Shown here piece after piece: positions 21,617-30,072 of a stretch of 64,000 nucleotides of DNA. Below the pieces are notes generated by a model. That model did not search any database. It was given only the letters and a program-made list of their open reading frames with translations, and had not been told where the DNA came from. The DNA lies in contig CBDFIJ010000004.1 in the NCBI GenBank assembly GCA_965248055.1, positions 3,072,001-3,136,000 of the forward strand. Reading direction: 5' to 3'. Both the position numbers and the translations under genes were made by a program. How positions within the stretch are numbered: position 1 is the first letter of the stretch; the number at the start of each line of letters is the position of its first letter. The stretch is from Candidatus Multivoradales bacterium (lineage in GTDB: Bacteria > Acidobacteriota > Thermoanaerobaculia > Multivoradales > JAHEKO01).

Positions 21617-21831
21617 GCTTCTTCATCGTTTTCTCCTTTCGGTTACACTGTCCCTTCGGCTCCCTGACCTTGGGTAACTCTCGCACCGACCTTGTCAATA
21701 CAGGCTCTACGGCCTCAGATTCTTTCCGGCGTTTGAGAGCTAGGGCAGGGAGCTGATCTACGTACAGGCTCAGGGCCTAAGGGGAGGGACAGCTTCCCTG
21801 CCGAAGAGACTCATCTCCACAAACATACAAG
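21617..21831 (-). ncRNA. Orphan IS110 left end carrying a bridge RNA; recombinase ORF truncated after MKKP
   Basis: Inverted near-copy of 57150-57365; guide CCCTCCCCT (21788-21780) equals its own flank (21838-21830). Confidence 0.8.
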
Positions 21832-21842
21832 GGGAGGGGGGT

Positions 21843-23609
21843 TTACCCCCTCCCGAGCTGTTCCCCGCCGTCAGCCAGATTCCGATGCTGATACAACTCC
21901 CCATCTTCGAATCCCAATTTCCGGTAGTAGTTTCGGGTTCCGACCGCGGAAATGACAGCAAGGTCTCGATAGCCGGCAGCCCGAGCGATTTCGACCGCAC
22001 GTTCGGTGAGCGCAGTACCAAGACCCTGGTGTTGGGTTCTTGACCCCGGCTCAGCCTGCCAGTCCACCACCTGGCCGTAGACGTGGACTTCGCGAATCAT
22101 CGCGCTGTTTTGGATCTCCGGGATGGGCACTGGTTGCTTGGGCAGGCTCAGGCGCAAGAAGCCGGCGATCTGGTCGCTCTCGGTGACGAACTCGAGAAAC
22201 ACTTGGGGCCCGATCGACGAGTCGTACTTGGTGTCGCGCAATTGCAATGCTGAACGTCGCACGCTCTTGCCACGAGTCTCACGAGCCCGGATTTCGACGT
22301 TGATTTTCCCCAGTGCCTCCAGCCTGGCTTCGGCGACCTCTCGCAGATTGGTCACCCGGTTGCCGTCGACGATGTCGCCGCCGGGGATGTCGCGGATGAC
22401 GCGAGTCAAACGGCAGTAGCGGGGTGTGGCTTCCATACAGGCCGCCAAGACCTCGACTAGTTCTTCCTCATCGTAGGGGCGCCAACGACCGTCTTGGTAG
22501 TAGCCCATCAATTCCGCACTCTCAATCAGGCTGCAGGGGTAGATCTTAAGTTCGTCGGGACGGAAGTCGGGATCGTCGAACATGCGCCGGTAATCTTCGA
22601 TGTCGGCTTGCGGACTCGAGCCGTAGAGATTGGCCATCCAGTGCCCGTGGATCTTGAAACCGGCCGCACGCAAACGTTGGACCGCGCTACGCGAGGCGGC
22701 AACGTCATGCCCCCGGTGGTTGGCTTTCAGCACCGCGTCGTTGAGACTTTGAAATCCGATCTGGACTTTGGTGGCTCCCAGGCGGCGCAAACGTGTGATC
22801 TCTGCGTCATCCAGATGATCAGGCCGGGTTTCCAGCACCAACCCGACGCAGCGACTGCCTGCCTCTTCATTGGTTGTTTGGGCAGTAGATAACTGCTGCC
22901 AGGTTGCTGCTCCGGCAAGTTGGTCCATTCCGTTTCGGCGCACCACCTGGTTGTAGTTGTCTTGAGCGATCGTCTCACCACGGACCCGGTCCTCGATCGC
23001 TTCATAGCCGGTCGACGGCAAATCGGGAAGATCCAGGCGGTCGCTGGGGAGAAAGTCGTTCATCGCCTCAAAGCAGCGGAGCACCAACCAAATCTGATAT
23101 TCCTCGGGATAAGACGACCAGGTTCCGCCCAAAACGATCAGCTCGACCTTGTTGACCGAGTGGCCATTGTTGTAAAACGCTTGCAGTCGGGATGCGGTTT
23201 GTCGGTAGGGATCGAAACGATGTTCAGCGGCGCGCTGGGCCCCGGGTTCGTCTGATAGGTAACTCTTGGGCATGCGCACGTCGCTGGGGCAGAAGATGCA
23301 CTTTCCCGGACACGGATAGGGCGGTGTCAAGACCGTCACCGGCGCTACCCCGGAAAGGGTGCGGATCGGTTTCATCCGCACCTTGTCGAGAAACACAGAT
23401 TCGTCCCGTTGCCAGTTGCGCACCTGATTTAGGTGGCGAAAGCCGCGGATGATCTCGGCCTTGGAGTAGAAGCCGCCTTCTTGTTTTGGATGGGCGCGGA
23501 GAATTCTCGCCCACGCCGCATTGTCGAGTCCGGTGGCGGTATCAACCGCCTGGACGATTCCCTCGATCGCCTGTTCGTGCTGCTGAGGATCGAAGGTGTA
23601 GACACTCAC
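21843..23609 (-). CDS. elp3: Elp3/KAT9-type radical SAM + GNAT tRNA U34 carboxymethyltransferase
   Basis: KPIRTLSGVAPVTV, CPGKCIFCP, MPKSYLSDEPG, LETRPD, PDELKIYP, IREVHVYG, QHQGLG; start chosen at GTG 23609 (ORF open to 23705). Confidence 0.88.
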   Translation of the reverse strand: MSVYTFDPQQHEQAIEGIVQAVDTATGLDNAAWARILRAHPKQEGGFYSKAEIIRGFRHLNQVRNWQRDESVFLDKVRMKPIRTLSGVAPVTVLTPPYPCPGKCIFCPSDVRMPKSYLSDEPGAQRAAEHRFDPYRQTASRLQAFYNNGHSVNKVELIVLGGTWSSYPEEYQIWLVLRCFEAMNDFLPSDRLDLPDLPSTGYEAIEDRVRGETIAQDNYNQVVRRNGMDQLAGAATWQQLSTAQTTNEEAGSRCVGLVLETRPDHLDDAEITRLRRLGATKVQIGFQSLNDAVLKANHRGHDVAASRSAVQRLRAAGFKIHGHWMANLYGSSPQADIEDYRRMFDDPDFRPDELKIYPCSLIESAELMGYYQDGRWRPYDEEELVEVLAACMEATPRYCRLTRVIRDIPGGDIVDGNRVTNLREVAEARLEALGKINVEIRARETRGKSVRRSALQLRDTKYDSSIGPQVFLEFVTESDQIAGFLRLSLPKQPVPIPEIQNSAMIREVHVYGQVVDWQAEPGSRTQHQGLGTALTERAVEIARAAGYRDLAVISAVGTRNYYRKLGFEDGELYQHRNLADGGEQLGRG

Positions 23610-23723
23610 AGAGTTGATTATCCCGCAACCCGAATGGCTACTGGGATGACGCACCAGACCCTGGGTTCCCGCCCCCAGCTCCCGATCCCCTTCGCGCCGG
23701 GGCAAGCTTTCCTCTTTCGCCGA

Positions 23724-24090
23724 TATGACCCCGGCTCCCTACCCGAACCCCCGCCGGGGCAGGCTCCACATCATCATCCCCGCAGCGCGCCCGATCAACA
23801 TCCCTGTAGGCAGGGCATCCCAACACGTCATCCCCGTAGCATGGGGTGATACATCAACACGTCATCCCCGTAGCATGGGGATACATCAACACGTCATCCC
23901 CGTAGCATGGGGATACATCAACACGTCATCCCCGTAGCATGGGGATACATCAACACGTCATCCCCGTAACGTGGGGATACATCAACACGTCATCCCCGTA
24001 ACGTGGGGATACATCAACACGTCATCCCCGTAGCGTGGGGATACATCAACACGTCCCCCGTAGCGTGGGGGTCCTGGGGGTCGGGGATCT
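23724..24090. repeat. Left arm of direct repeat flanking GIY-YIG gene, with 8 x 32-bp tandem units
   Basis: Unit CAACACGTCATCCCCGTA(G/A)C(A/G)TGGGGATACAT, no spacers. Confidence 0.9.
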
Positions 24091-24135
24091 GTTCCCAATC
24101 GCAAGGACGGTTGCTAAAAAGTCGTCTTACCTAAC

Positions 24136-24438
24136 ATGGGTAGCACGTACACCCGACGGCCTTGTGCCTACATTCTCGCCAACAAGCCCCGCGGTGTCCT
24201 CTATGTTGGCGTGACCTCGAATCTTGCTGGTCGTGTCTACCTCCACCGGGAAGGTGTGGTGCGTGGTTTCACCTGGAAGTACAACGTCCACCGGCTAGTC
24301 TGGTTTGAAATGCATGCGACTATGTACGCTGCGATACAACGAGAGAAGCAGATCAAGAAATGGAAACGATCTTGGAAACTCAAGATGATCGAGCGGAGCA
24401 ATTCTGGATGGTCAGACCTGTACGAGACCTTGTTCTAG
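24136..24438 (+). CDS. Small GIY-YIG nuclease (COG2827-like)
   Basis: AYILANKPRGVLYVGVTSNL..RVYLH, FTWKYNVHRLVWFE, AIQREKQIKKWKRSWK. Confidence 0.92.
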   Translation: MGSTYTRRPCAYILANKPRGVLYVGVTSNLAGRVYLHREGVVRGFTWKYNVHRLVWFEMHATMYAAIQREKQIKKWKRSWKLKMIERSNSGWSDLYETLF

Positions 24439-24444
24439 GCTCGA

Positions 24445-24745
24445 CGAGATCCCGGCCCCCCGCCCTCCCCCCGCCGGGATGACCCCGGCTCCCCACCCGA
24501 ACCTCCGCCGGGGCAGGCTCCCCACCCGAACCCCCGCCGGGGCAGGCTCCACATCATCATCCCCGCAGCGCGCCCGATCAACATCCCTGTAGGCAGGGCA
24601 TCCCAACACGTCATCCCCGTAGCATGGGGATACATCAACACGTCATCCCCGTAGCGTGGGGATACATCAACACGTCATCCCCGTAGCGTGGGGATACATC
24701 AACACGTCATCCCCGTAGCGTGGGGGTCCTGGGGGTCGGGGATCT
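24445..24745. repeat. Right arm of direct repeat with 4 x 32-bp units, preceded by inverted GATCCCGG...CGGGATGAC element
   Basis: Same sequence as 23724-24090 with fewer units. Confidence 0.9.
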
Positions 24746-24786
24746 TTCGCAACCTCAATCAAGCGGCTATCAGGTAACGTTTCCCG

Positions 24787-25536
24787 GTGGAAGAGAATAC
24801 CCGCCAGTACCTGGAGCAAGTCAACCGCCGTTTCTATGACCGGCACGGGGCTGCCTTTGCTTCACGGCGCACCCGTCCCTGGCCTGGGTGGGCACCGTTA
24901 ATCGAGAGCCTGCGATCCGATGGGCTGTCGTCGACAGCCCGGATCTTAGACGTCGGTTGTGGTCACGGACGCTTCTTCTCTTGTTTGCAAGAACATCAGT
25001 TGACCCCGGAATACGTCGGTGTCGACCAGAGTCTTGCGCTGCTCCGACTGGCGGCCAACCGTAGCCCTGCGGCCAGCGATGTGATCCGCAGTGCGCACTG
25101 GGTCTGCGCTGATGCCGCCAGCAGCTTGCCGATCAGACGGGGCTTTGACTTAGTGGTCGCCTTCGGACTGTTGCATCACATCCCCAGCAGCCGAGCCAGA
25201 GTCCAATTGATTCAGCGCTTGCAATCCGTGGTCAATCCGGGCGGCTGGTTGGTGTTGACTTTCTGGTTTGCCGACTCCAAACGCCGAGGTCGCGCTGTTG
25301 GTACGGAGTCACAGATCGAAGGCCGCTCATTGGATCGTGGCGATGTTTTATTTCCCTGGGGTGCCCCAGGTGATCCATCCGAAACCGAAGACGCGGTCCG
25401 TTACTGTCATTTTTTTAACAAACACGAAGTTGACGCACTGGCTGAGGCGGTCGGGTGGGGGCCAGGAGTGCGCTTTCGCGCCGATGGTCGCGAGAATCGA
25501 GAGAATGAATACTTGGTTGTCCGGCGACCACCCTAG
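24787..25536 (+). CDS. Class I SAM-dependent methyltransferase, Trm9/ALKBH8-like
   Basis: ILDVGCGHGR; FYDRHGAAFASRRTRPWP and LLHHIP...R...NPGG..VLTFW resemble Trm9 motifs. Confidence 0.75.
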   Translation: MEENTRQYLEQVNRRFYDRHGAAFASRRTRPWPGWAPLIESLRSDGLSSTARILDVGCGHGRFFSCLQEHQLTPEYVGVDQSLALLRLAANRSPAASDVIRSAHWVCADAASSLPIRRGFDLVVAFGLLHHIPSSRARVQLIQRLQSVVNPGGWLVLTFWFADSKRRGRAVGTESQIEGRSLDRGDVLFPWGAPGDPSETEDAVRYCHFFNKHEVDALAEAVGWGPGVRFRADGRENRENEYLVVRRPP

Positions 25537-25838
25537 CGATTTGGTGGCCGCGCTCGGTGATTTTCCGGCATCGCAGATCTCGCTGTCTTCGGGAGTTGTT
25601 GCGCGGATAACTGGCGTAACCACCACTCTGAACCTGGAGAGAGTTGGCCGAAAGTGATGTGGGACAAGCGTTTGCGATGCGGCTCAATCTTTGCAGCTGT
25701 AAAGCTGCTACACTCGCCGCAAGCTCGTCGGCGTGAACCGAATTCCGATAACGCAGGACTTGGCGACTGCAGTACAATCGCTGCAGGTCGGGTGGTATTC
25801 GCGATCTCTAGGACAAAGGGACACCGGGAGAATTCAAG

Positions 25839-26063
25839 ATGTCTATGCATTCAAATGAGCAAAACGGAGACCGAGGAAACTCGGATCTGCGAGACACGGA
25901 AAGCGGAAAGAATCGGGCCGAAGATCACAAGCCGGACTATCAAGCACCGCGCATATTGTCGATTGAACCACTGGAGGTCGCGGCTGCAGTTTGCGACCCG
26001 CCGACTGGTCTGTTTGGGAAAGTATTCGTCCCGCCTTCGTCTTGCTCGACTTTAGGCTCCTAG
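25839..26063 (+). CDS. Putative RiPP precursor peptide (74 aa)
   Basis: Polar leader with YQAPRI (YxxPxL-type RRE recognition motif), core AVCDPPTGLFGKVFVPPSSCSTLGS; GGGAG RBS; directly upstream of kinase/RRE/rSAM. Confidence 0.78.
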   Translation: MSMHSNEQNGDRGNSDLRDTESGKNRAEDHKPDYQAPRILSIEPLEVAAAVCDPPTGLFGKVFVPPSSCSTLGS

Positions 26064-26123
26064 GGCCCAGGGCTCGGTGCTCGACATAGTTTGTATCCAC
26101 GCTTTTGGCATGAGGGGCCGTGG

Positions 26124-27122
26124 ATGCAAGTAGATAGTTGTGGGTTCGCCGTAGGTGCCAGTCACTTTGAACCTCGTACAGGCGATCGCAATCTCCCGAT
26201 GCCTTGGGGAGAGCACTCTATGGTGATTGCGTTGGGAGGGGAGGTGATGGCCCTGCAAGGTTTGACTTCGCTGCAAGCAGAGGAGATCGGACGAAGTTAC
26301 CAAGTGGTCGATCAAGCCGATGACCAAGAAGCTACCCCTTCAAACATGATCAGCGTAACCTTTCAACGTGGTGCGGTTCCGAAAGTTCGTCCGGGACGCT
26401 TCACTGTGAACCAGATCTACACACCGGAGACTCGTTACATGGCGCAGGTGGTCGAGGTTCTGGGCTGTGGCTTCGCCGCCAAGGTGGATCTCACTGGTAA
26501 GTGCTCAAGTTACTTGACCACGGAACAGGAAGAGTTAACGGCGCAACCAATTGTGCTGCAGAATTTCTTGCGTGTTTCGGCTGCCTACATAGCTCTACGC
26601 CGCGGGGGTTTGCTTTTGCACTCAGCTGCGATTGTGATTGATGACCGTGCTCACCTATTTGTTGGACGATCGGGCGCTGGTAAGACCACACTCTCTCGTA
26701 AGGCATTGGCGGCGGGCTGCAAAGTTTTGAGTGATGATGCGGTCATGGTGTTGCCGAGTCGCGGTTACGGCTTTGAGGTGAGGTTTGTCCCCTTTGCCGG
26801 GGAGCTAGGAATGACCTGTGCCGATCGGCGTCAGTACGCGGTAGCGACTGTCAACTGGTTGATCAAGACGGAACATTTAGCCTTGAGCGAAATAGCACCG
26901 AGCGTTCAAGTGGCTCGTGCCCTTGCCTGCTGCCCAACGGTCAACGCCGACCCTTTCCGCGTTGAGCAAACCATCTCAAACCTAGAGAACTTGTTCCGTT
27001 GCTACAAAATGCCCGAATTTCGATCGTCAAAGGATGAGGATTTCGCCAACGTCGCGGAGCTTTTGACGACCGGATCGAGCTCCTTAAGAGAAGCAGAGAA
27101 CATCCAACTGGGAGCCCTATGA
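26124..27122 (+). CDS. HPr-kinase-related P-loop protein, module 1
   Basis: GLLLHSAAI, GRSGAGKTT, LSDD; start approximate (ORF open from 26091). Confidence 0.8.
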   Translation: MQVDSCGFAVGASHFEPRTGDRNLPMPWGEHSMVIALGGEVMALQGLTSLQAEEIGRSYQVVDQADDQEATPSNMISVTFQRGAVPKVRPGRFTVNQIYTPETRYMAQVVEVLGCGFAAKVDLTGKCSSYLTTEQEELTAQPIVLQNFLRVSAAYIALRRGGLLLHSAAIVIDDRAHLFVGRSGAGKTTLSRKALAAGCKVLSDDAVMVLPSRGYGFEVRFVPFAGELGMTCADRRQYAVATVNWLIKTEHLALSEIAPSVQVARALACCPTVNADPFRVEQTISNLENLFRCYKMPEFRSSKDEDFANVAELLTTGSSSLREAENIQLGAL

Positions 27123-27394
27123 AGACTGCGCATAAGGTCAAACTGAGTTCAGATATCCGTTTTCGTCGTCTTGATCACGAAGGGGTCGTAGTGGATCAGT
27201 CCGGGCCTCGAGTGCTTGTGGTTAACGATGTGGGCATTCGTATATTGGAATGGCTTCGCGCGGGAGTTGTCGATGATGAACTGGCCACCAAGGTAGTTGA
27301 TCATTACCAAGTCCCGATCGAAACCGCGACAACGGATGTCGATAACTATCTTTCTACGCTGCTAGCCGAGCAGCTTATCGAGGAATCCAATTGA
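27119..27394 (+). CDS. PqqD-family RiPP recognition element, module 1
   Basis: 91 aa, VNDVGIRILEWL...YQV..ETATTDVDNYLSTLLAEQLI; ATGA coupling. Confidence 0.88.
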   Translation: MKTAHKVKLSSDIRFRRLDHEGVVVDQSGPRVLVVNDVGIRILEWLRAGVVDDELATKVVDHYQVPIETATTDVDNYLSTLLAEQLIEESN

Positions 27395-28461
27395 CGTATC
27401 ACGGGGACATCAAAGACCGCATTCGTCAGCAGGGCCTACTGCACGGGGTGATGCTCGAACTCACCTACAAGTGCAACCTTGACTGCTTCTTCTGTTATAA
27501 CGACCGCGGCCTTGAGGGTAAGCAGATGATGCTGTCGGACTATCAGCGTCTGCTGGATGACCTTGCAAACATGGGAGTCTTGTTTGTGACCCTCACCGGT
27601 GGCGAGCCGCTGGTACACCCGGATTTTTTCGCCATCGGCGGCGCGGCTCGCGAGCGAGGCTTTGTTACCTACATTAAGACTGGTGGTCATGGGCTCAAAG
27701 GCGCGGTTGCACGTCGTCTCAAACAAGAGGTCGACCCCTTGGGGATCGAGATCAGTCTGCATGGAGCAACCGCTGAAACCCACGACCGCCAGACGCAAGT
27801 CCCCGGCAGTTTCGACAAATTGATCCGTGCGCTCCCTGAACTCATTGATTTGGGATTGCGTCCTTTGTTTGTCTCCACGTTGACCGCTTGGAACGAGCAC
27901 CAAATCGACGAGATGTTTGAGCTGGTTAATAGCTTTGGTTTACGTCTACGTTTTCAAGGTCCGGTCGCTCCACGCGACGATGGCGACACCGAGCCCTTAT
28001 CTATCCAGCCCTCTGAGGCAGCCTGGCAGCATATGGCCGCGGTTGCTGAGGAATGGCGGCAAACGGCATTGGCTGATACGGAGTGCGCACCACGCGAAGA
28101 GAAGAAAGCCTCCAGCGAACCGAAAGCTTTTTGTGGTGCTGGCAGCGAGGGGATTCTCATCGATCCATACGGCAGTGTGGTTTCGTGCCTGCAGCTGCGC
28201 CGATCTGCGGGAAACGTCCATCAACAGCCGATTCACGAGATTTGGCGATCGCACGTCTTTCGTGACGCAAGGCAGCTTTCCTACGATTCCGCGACCAGGA
28301 TCAAAGAAGAAGGCCCGTTGTCGATTCTCGGCGCGCCCCTCTATTGCCCAGGACTCGAAGAGAAAGGCTGTTCTTGCTCCAGTCAATCCGAGGGTGCAGG
28401 CCGTGGTTGCGGTCCTGGGAAGGAACAGAGTGGCCTGGTTTCGATTGGTAGCTTGGCTTAG
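27391..28461 (+). CDS. Radical SAM peptide maturase with SPASM/Twitch-type C-terminus, module 1
   Basis: ELTYKCNLDCFFC, LTGGEP, CGAG...IDPYGSVVSC, CPG...GCSC. Confidence 0.9.
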   Translation: MTYHGDIKDRIRQQGLLHGVMLELTYKCNLDCFFCYNDRGLEGKQMMLSDYQRLLDDLANMGVLFVTLTGGEPLVHPDFFAIGGAARERGFVTYIKTGGHGLKGAVARRLKQEVDPLGIEISLHGATAETHDRQTQVPGSFDKLIRALPELIDLGLRPLFVSTLTAWNEHQIDEMFELVNSFGLRLRFQGPVAPRDDGDTEPLSIQPSEAAWQHMAAVAEEWRQTALADTECAPREEKKASSEPKAFCGAGSEGILIDPYGSVVSCLQLRRSAGNVHQQPIHEIWRSHVFRDARQLSYDSATRIKEEGPLSILGAPLYCPGLEEKGCSCSSQSEGAGRGCGPGKEQSGLVSIGSLA

Positions 28462-28629
28462 GCTTACTTCTCAGCAATGTAGTAACTCGTCGGCGCTGAA
28501 CGCGATCCTCTGAGGGATTCTTTGGGATTGCCACTTCTAAAGAGGGCCTTTCAACGCAGTCAACCAACGTGAAGCTGCCCCGCATAAGTAGGCAGATAGT
28601 GTAGCGCTCATTAGGCGAGAGCGATTTGG

Positions 28630-28760
28630 CTAGCGCAGTACCAAGCCCCTGATGTTGGGTTGGTGAGTCCGGCTCAGCCTTCCAGTCGACCATAAGGTCG
28701 TAGACGTGGACCTCGCGGATCATCGTGCTATGTTGAATCTCCGAAATCGCCAACCGGTGG
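28630..28760 (-). pseudogene. Diverged fragment of the Elp3 GNAT domain
   Basis: EIQHSTMIREVHVYDLMVDWKAEPDSPTQHQGLGTAL versus EIQNSAMIREVHVYGQVVDWQAEPGSRTQHQGLGTAL at ~22010-22130. Confidence 0.85.
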
Positions 28761-28867
28761 GTTGGGTAAGACTGTGCCGCTCTGCGGCACGCTCGGTTCC
28801 TGACATCGGCAAGAGGCGACGGTGCCGGACTCTGGCTGCTTTGCCTGAGCTTGGGTACCAATCCATC

Positions 28868-29800
28868 ATGATTTCAGCGGCAGCGATTGCAGCAACCGAA
28901 CCGGCCTTCAATCGGGCGGCGCGGACTCCTTGGGGCTCGCGAACGGTAGCCGTGCGCATGGCCGGACTGGATTTGCAGTTTGGCGGACTCAGCGCCCACC
29001 AGGGATCGGTAATCAGAGATCAGTACCGGGTGGCTGATGGTTCTGTGATGATTAGTGGTCAAACCCAAGTGGTCCAGGGCGCGGTTCCTACCATGGTCCC
29101 GGGTCGATTCTCTGTCGACGGGATCTATACCCCCACCTCGACCTTCTCGGAACGAGGGTTGGAGATGGAAGGCTTGGGGTTTCGCAGCAATATAGAACTG
29201 GGAAACCCTATTCGCGGCACCTTGACTACCGATCAAGAAGACCTCACGGTGCAGCCGATCGTGTTGCAGAACTATCTGCGGGGTATCGTTGCCTACTTGT
29301 CATTGCTTCGGGGCGGGTTGCTGCTTCACTGTGCCGTGGTGATCGTCAACGATTTGGCGTACCTTTTCTTGGGGCGTTCTGGCGCTGGCAAAACCACCTT
29401 GGCGCGCACGGCGCTTGCCGAAGGATACGAAGTGTTGAGCGATGACGCCGCGGTTGCCTTGCCGCGAGCTGACGGCGGCTTCGAGGTCGGCTACGTTCCG
29501 TTTGCCGGCGAATTGGGAACCACCTGTACCGATCAACAAACCCTCTATCCGGTTGCTGGGCTGGGATGGTTGGTCAAGAGCCGGGAATTGAGAATCCTGC
29601 CGATGTCTCTAGCGACCCAGATGTCGCGGGCTCTGGCGTGTTGCCCAACTGTGAACGCAGATCCGTACCGAGTCGAGCAAGCGATGTCCAACTTGGAGCA
29701 ATTGCTGGGTGCGAGCCCGATGGACGAAATTCAATTGAACAAAGACATAAGTTTTTCTCGGGTTTTCGATCAATCGAATTGGAAAGGGGTCGGGTCATGA
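28868..29800 (+). CDS. HPr-kinase-related P-loop protein, module 2
   Basis: GLLLHCAVV, GRSGAGKTT, LSDD; paralog of 26124-27122. Confidence 0.8.
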   Translation: MISAAAIAATEPAFNRAARTPWGSRTVAVRMAGLDLQFGGLSAHQGSVIRDQYRVADGSVMISGQTQVVQGAVPTMVPGRFSVDGIYTPTSTFSERGLEMEGLGFRSNIELGNPIRGTLTTDQEDLTVQPIVLQNYLRGIVAYLSLLRGGLLLHCAVVIVNDLAYLFLGRSGAGKTTLARTALAEGYEVLSDDAAVALPRADGGFEVGYVPFAGELGTTCTDQQTLYPVAGLGWLVKSRELRILPMSLATQMSRALACCPTVNADPYRVEQAMSNLEQLLGASPMDEIQLNKDISFSRVFDQSNWKGVGS

Positions 29801-30072
29801 ATACGGCTGTTACCTTGAGCGCAGATCTGCGCTTTCGCCGACTCGATCAGGAAGGGGTTTTGGTCGATCAGGCGAACGGGCCACGCATCGTCGTGGTCAA
29901 TGAAGTCGGCATCCGCATTCTGGAGATGCTGCGTGAAGGGGTTGCCGGGAACGACTTGGCGGCCAATGTCGCCTCTGAGTATCAGGTCGACCCTGAGACC
30001 GCGGCCAAGGATGTGCAGTCCTTCTTGGTCGAACTGCAATCTCAGGGATTGGTGCAAGGGGTAGTTTCCTGA
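29797..30072 (+). CDS. PqqD-family RiPP recognition element, module 2
   Basis: MNTAVTLSADLRFRRLDQEGVLVD...VNEVGIRILEML; ATGA coupling. Confidence 0.88.
   Translation: MNTAVTLSADLRFRRLDQEGVLVDQANGPRIVVVNEVGIRILEMLREGVAGNDLAANVASEYQVDPETAAKDVQSFLVELQSQGLVQGVVS

Noticed and set aside
23821-24745. 32-bp palindromic repeats as a CRISPR array
   Set aside because: Units are contiguous with no unique spacers and no cas genes are present
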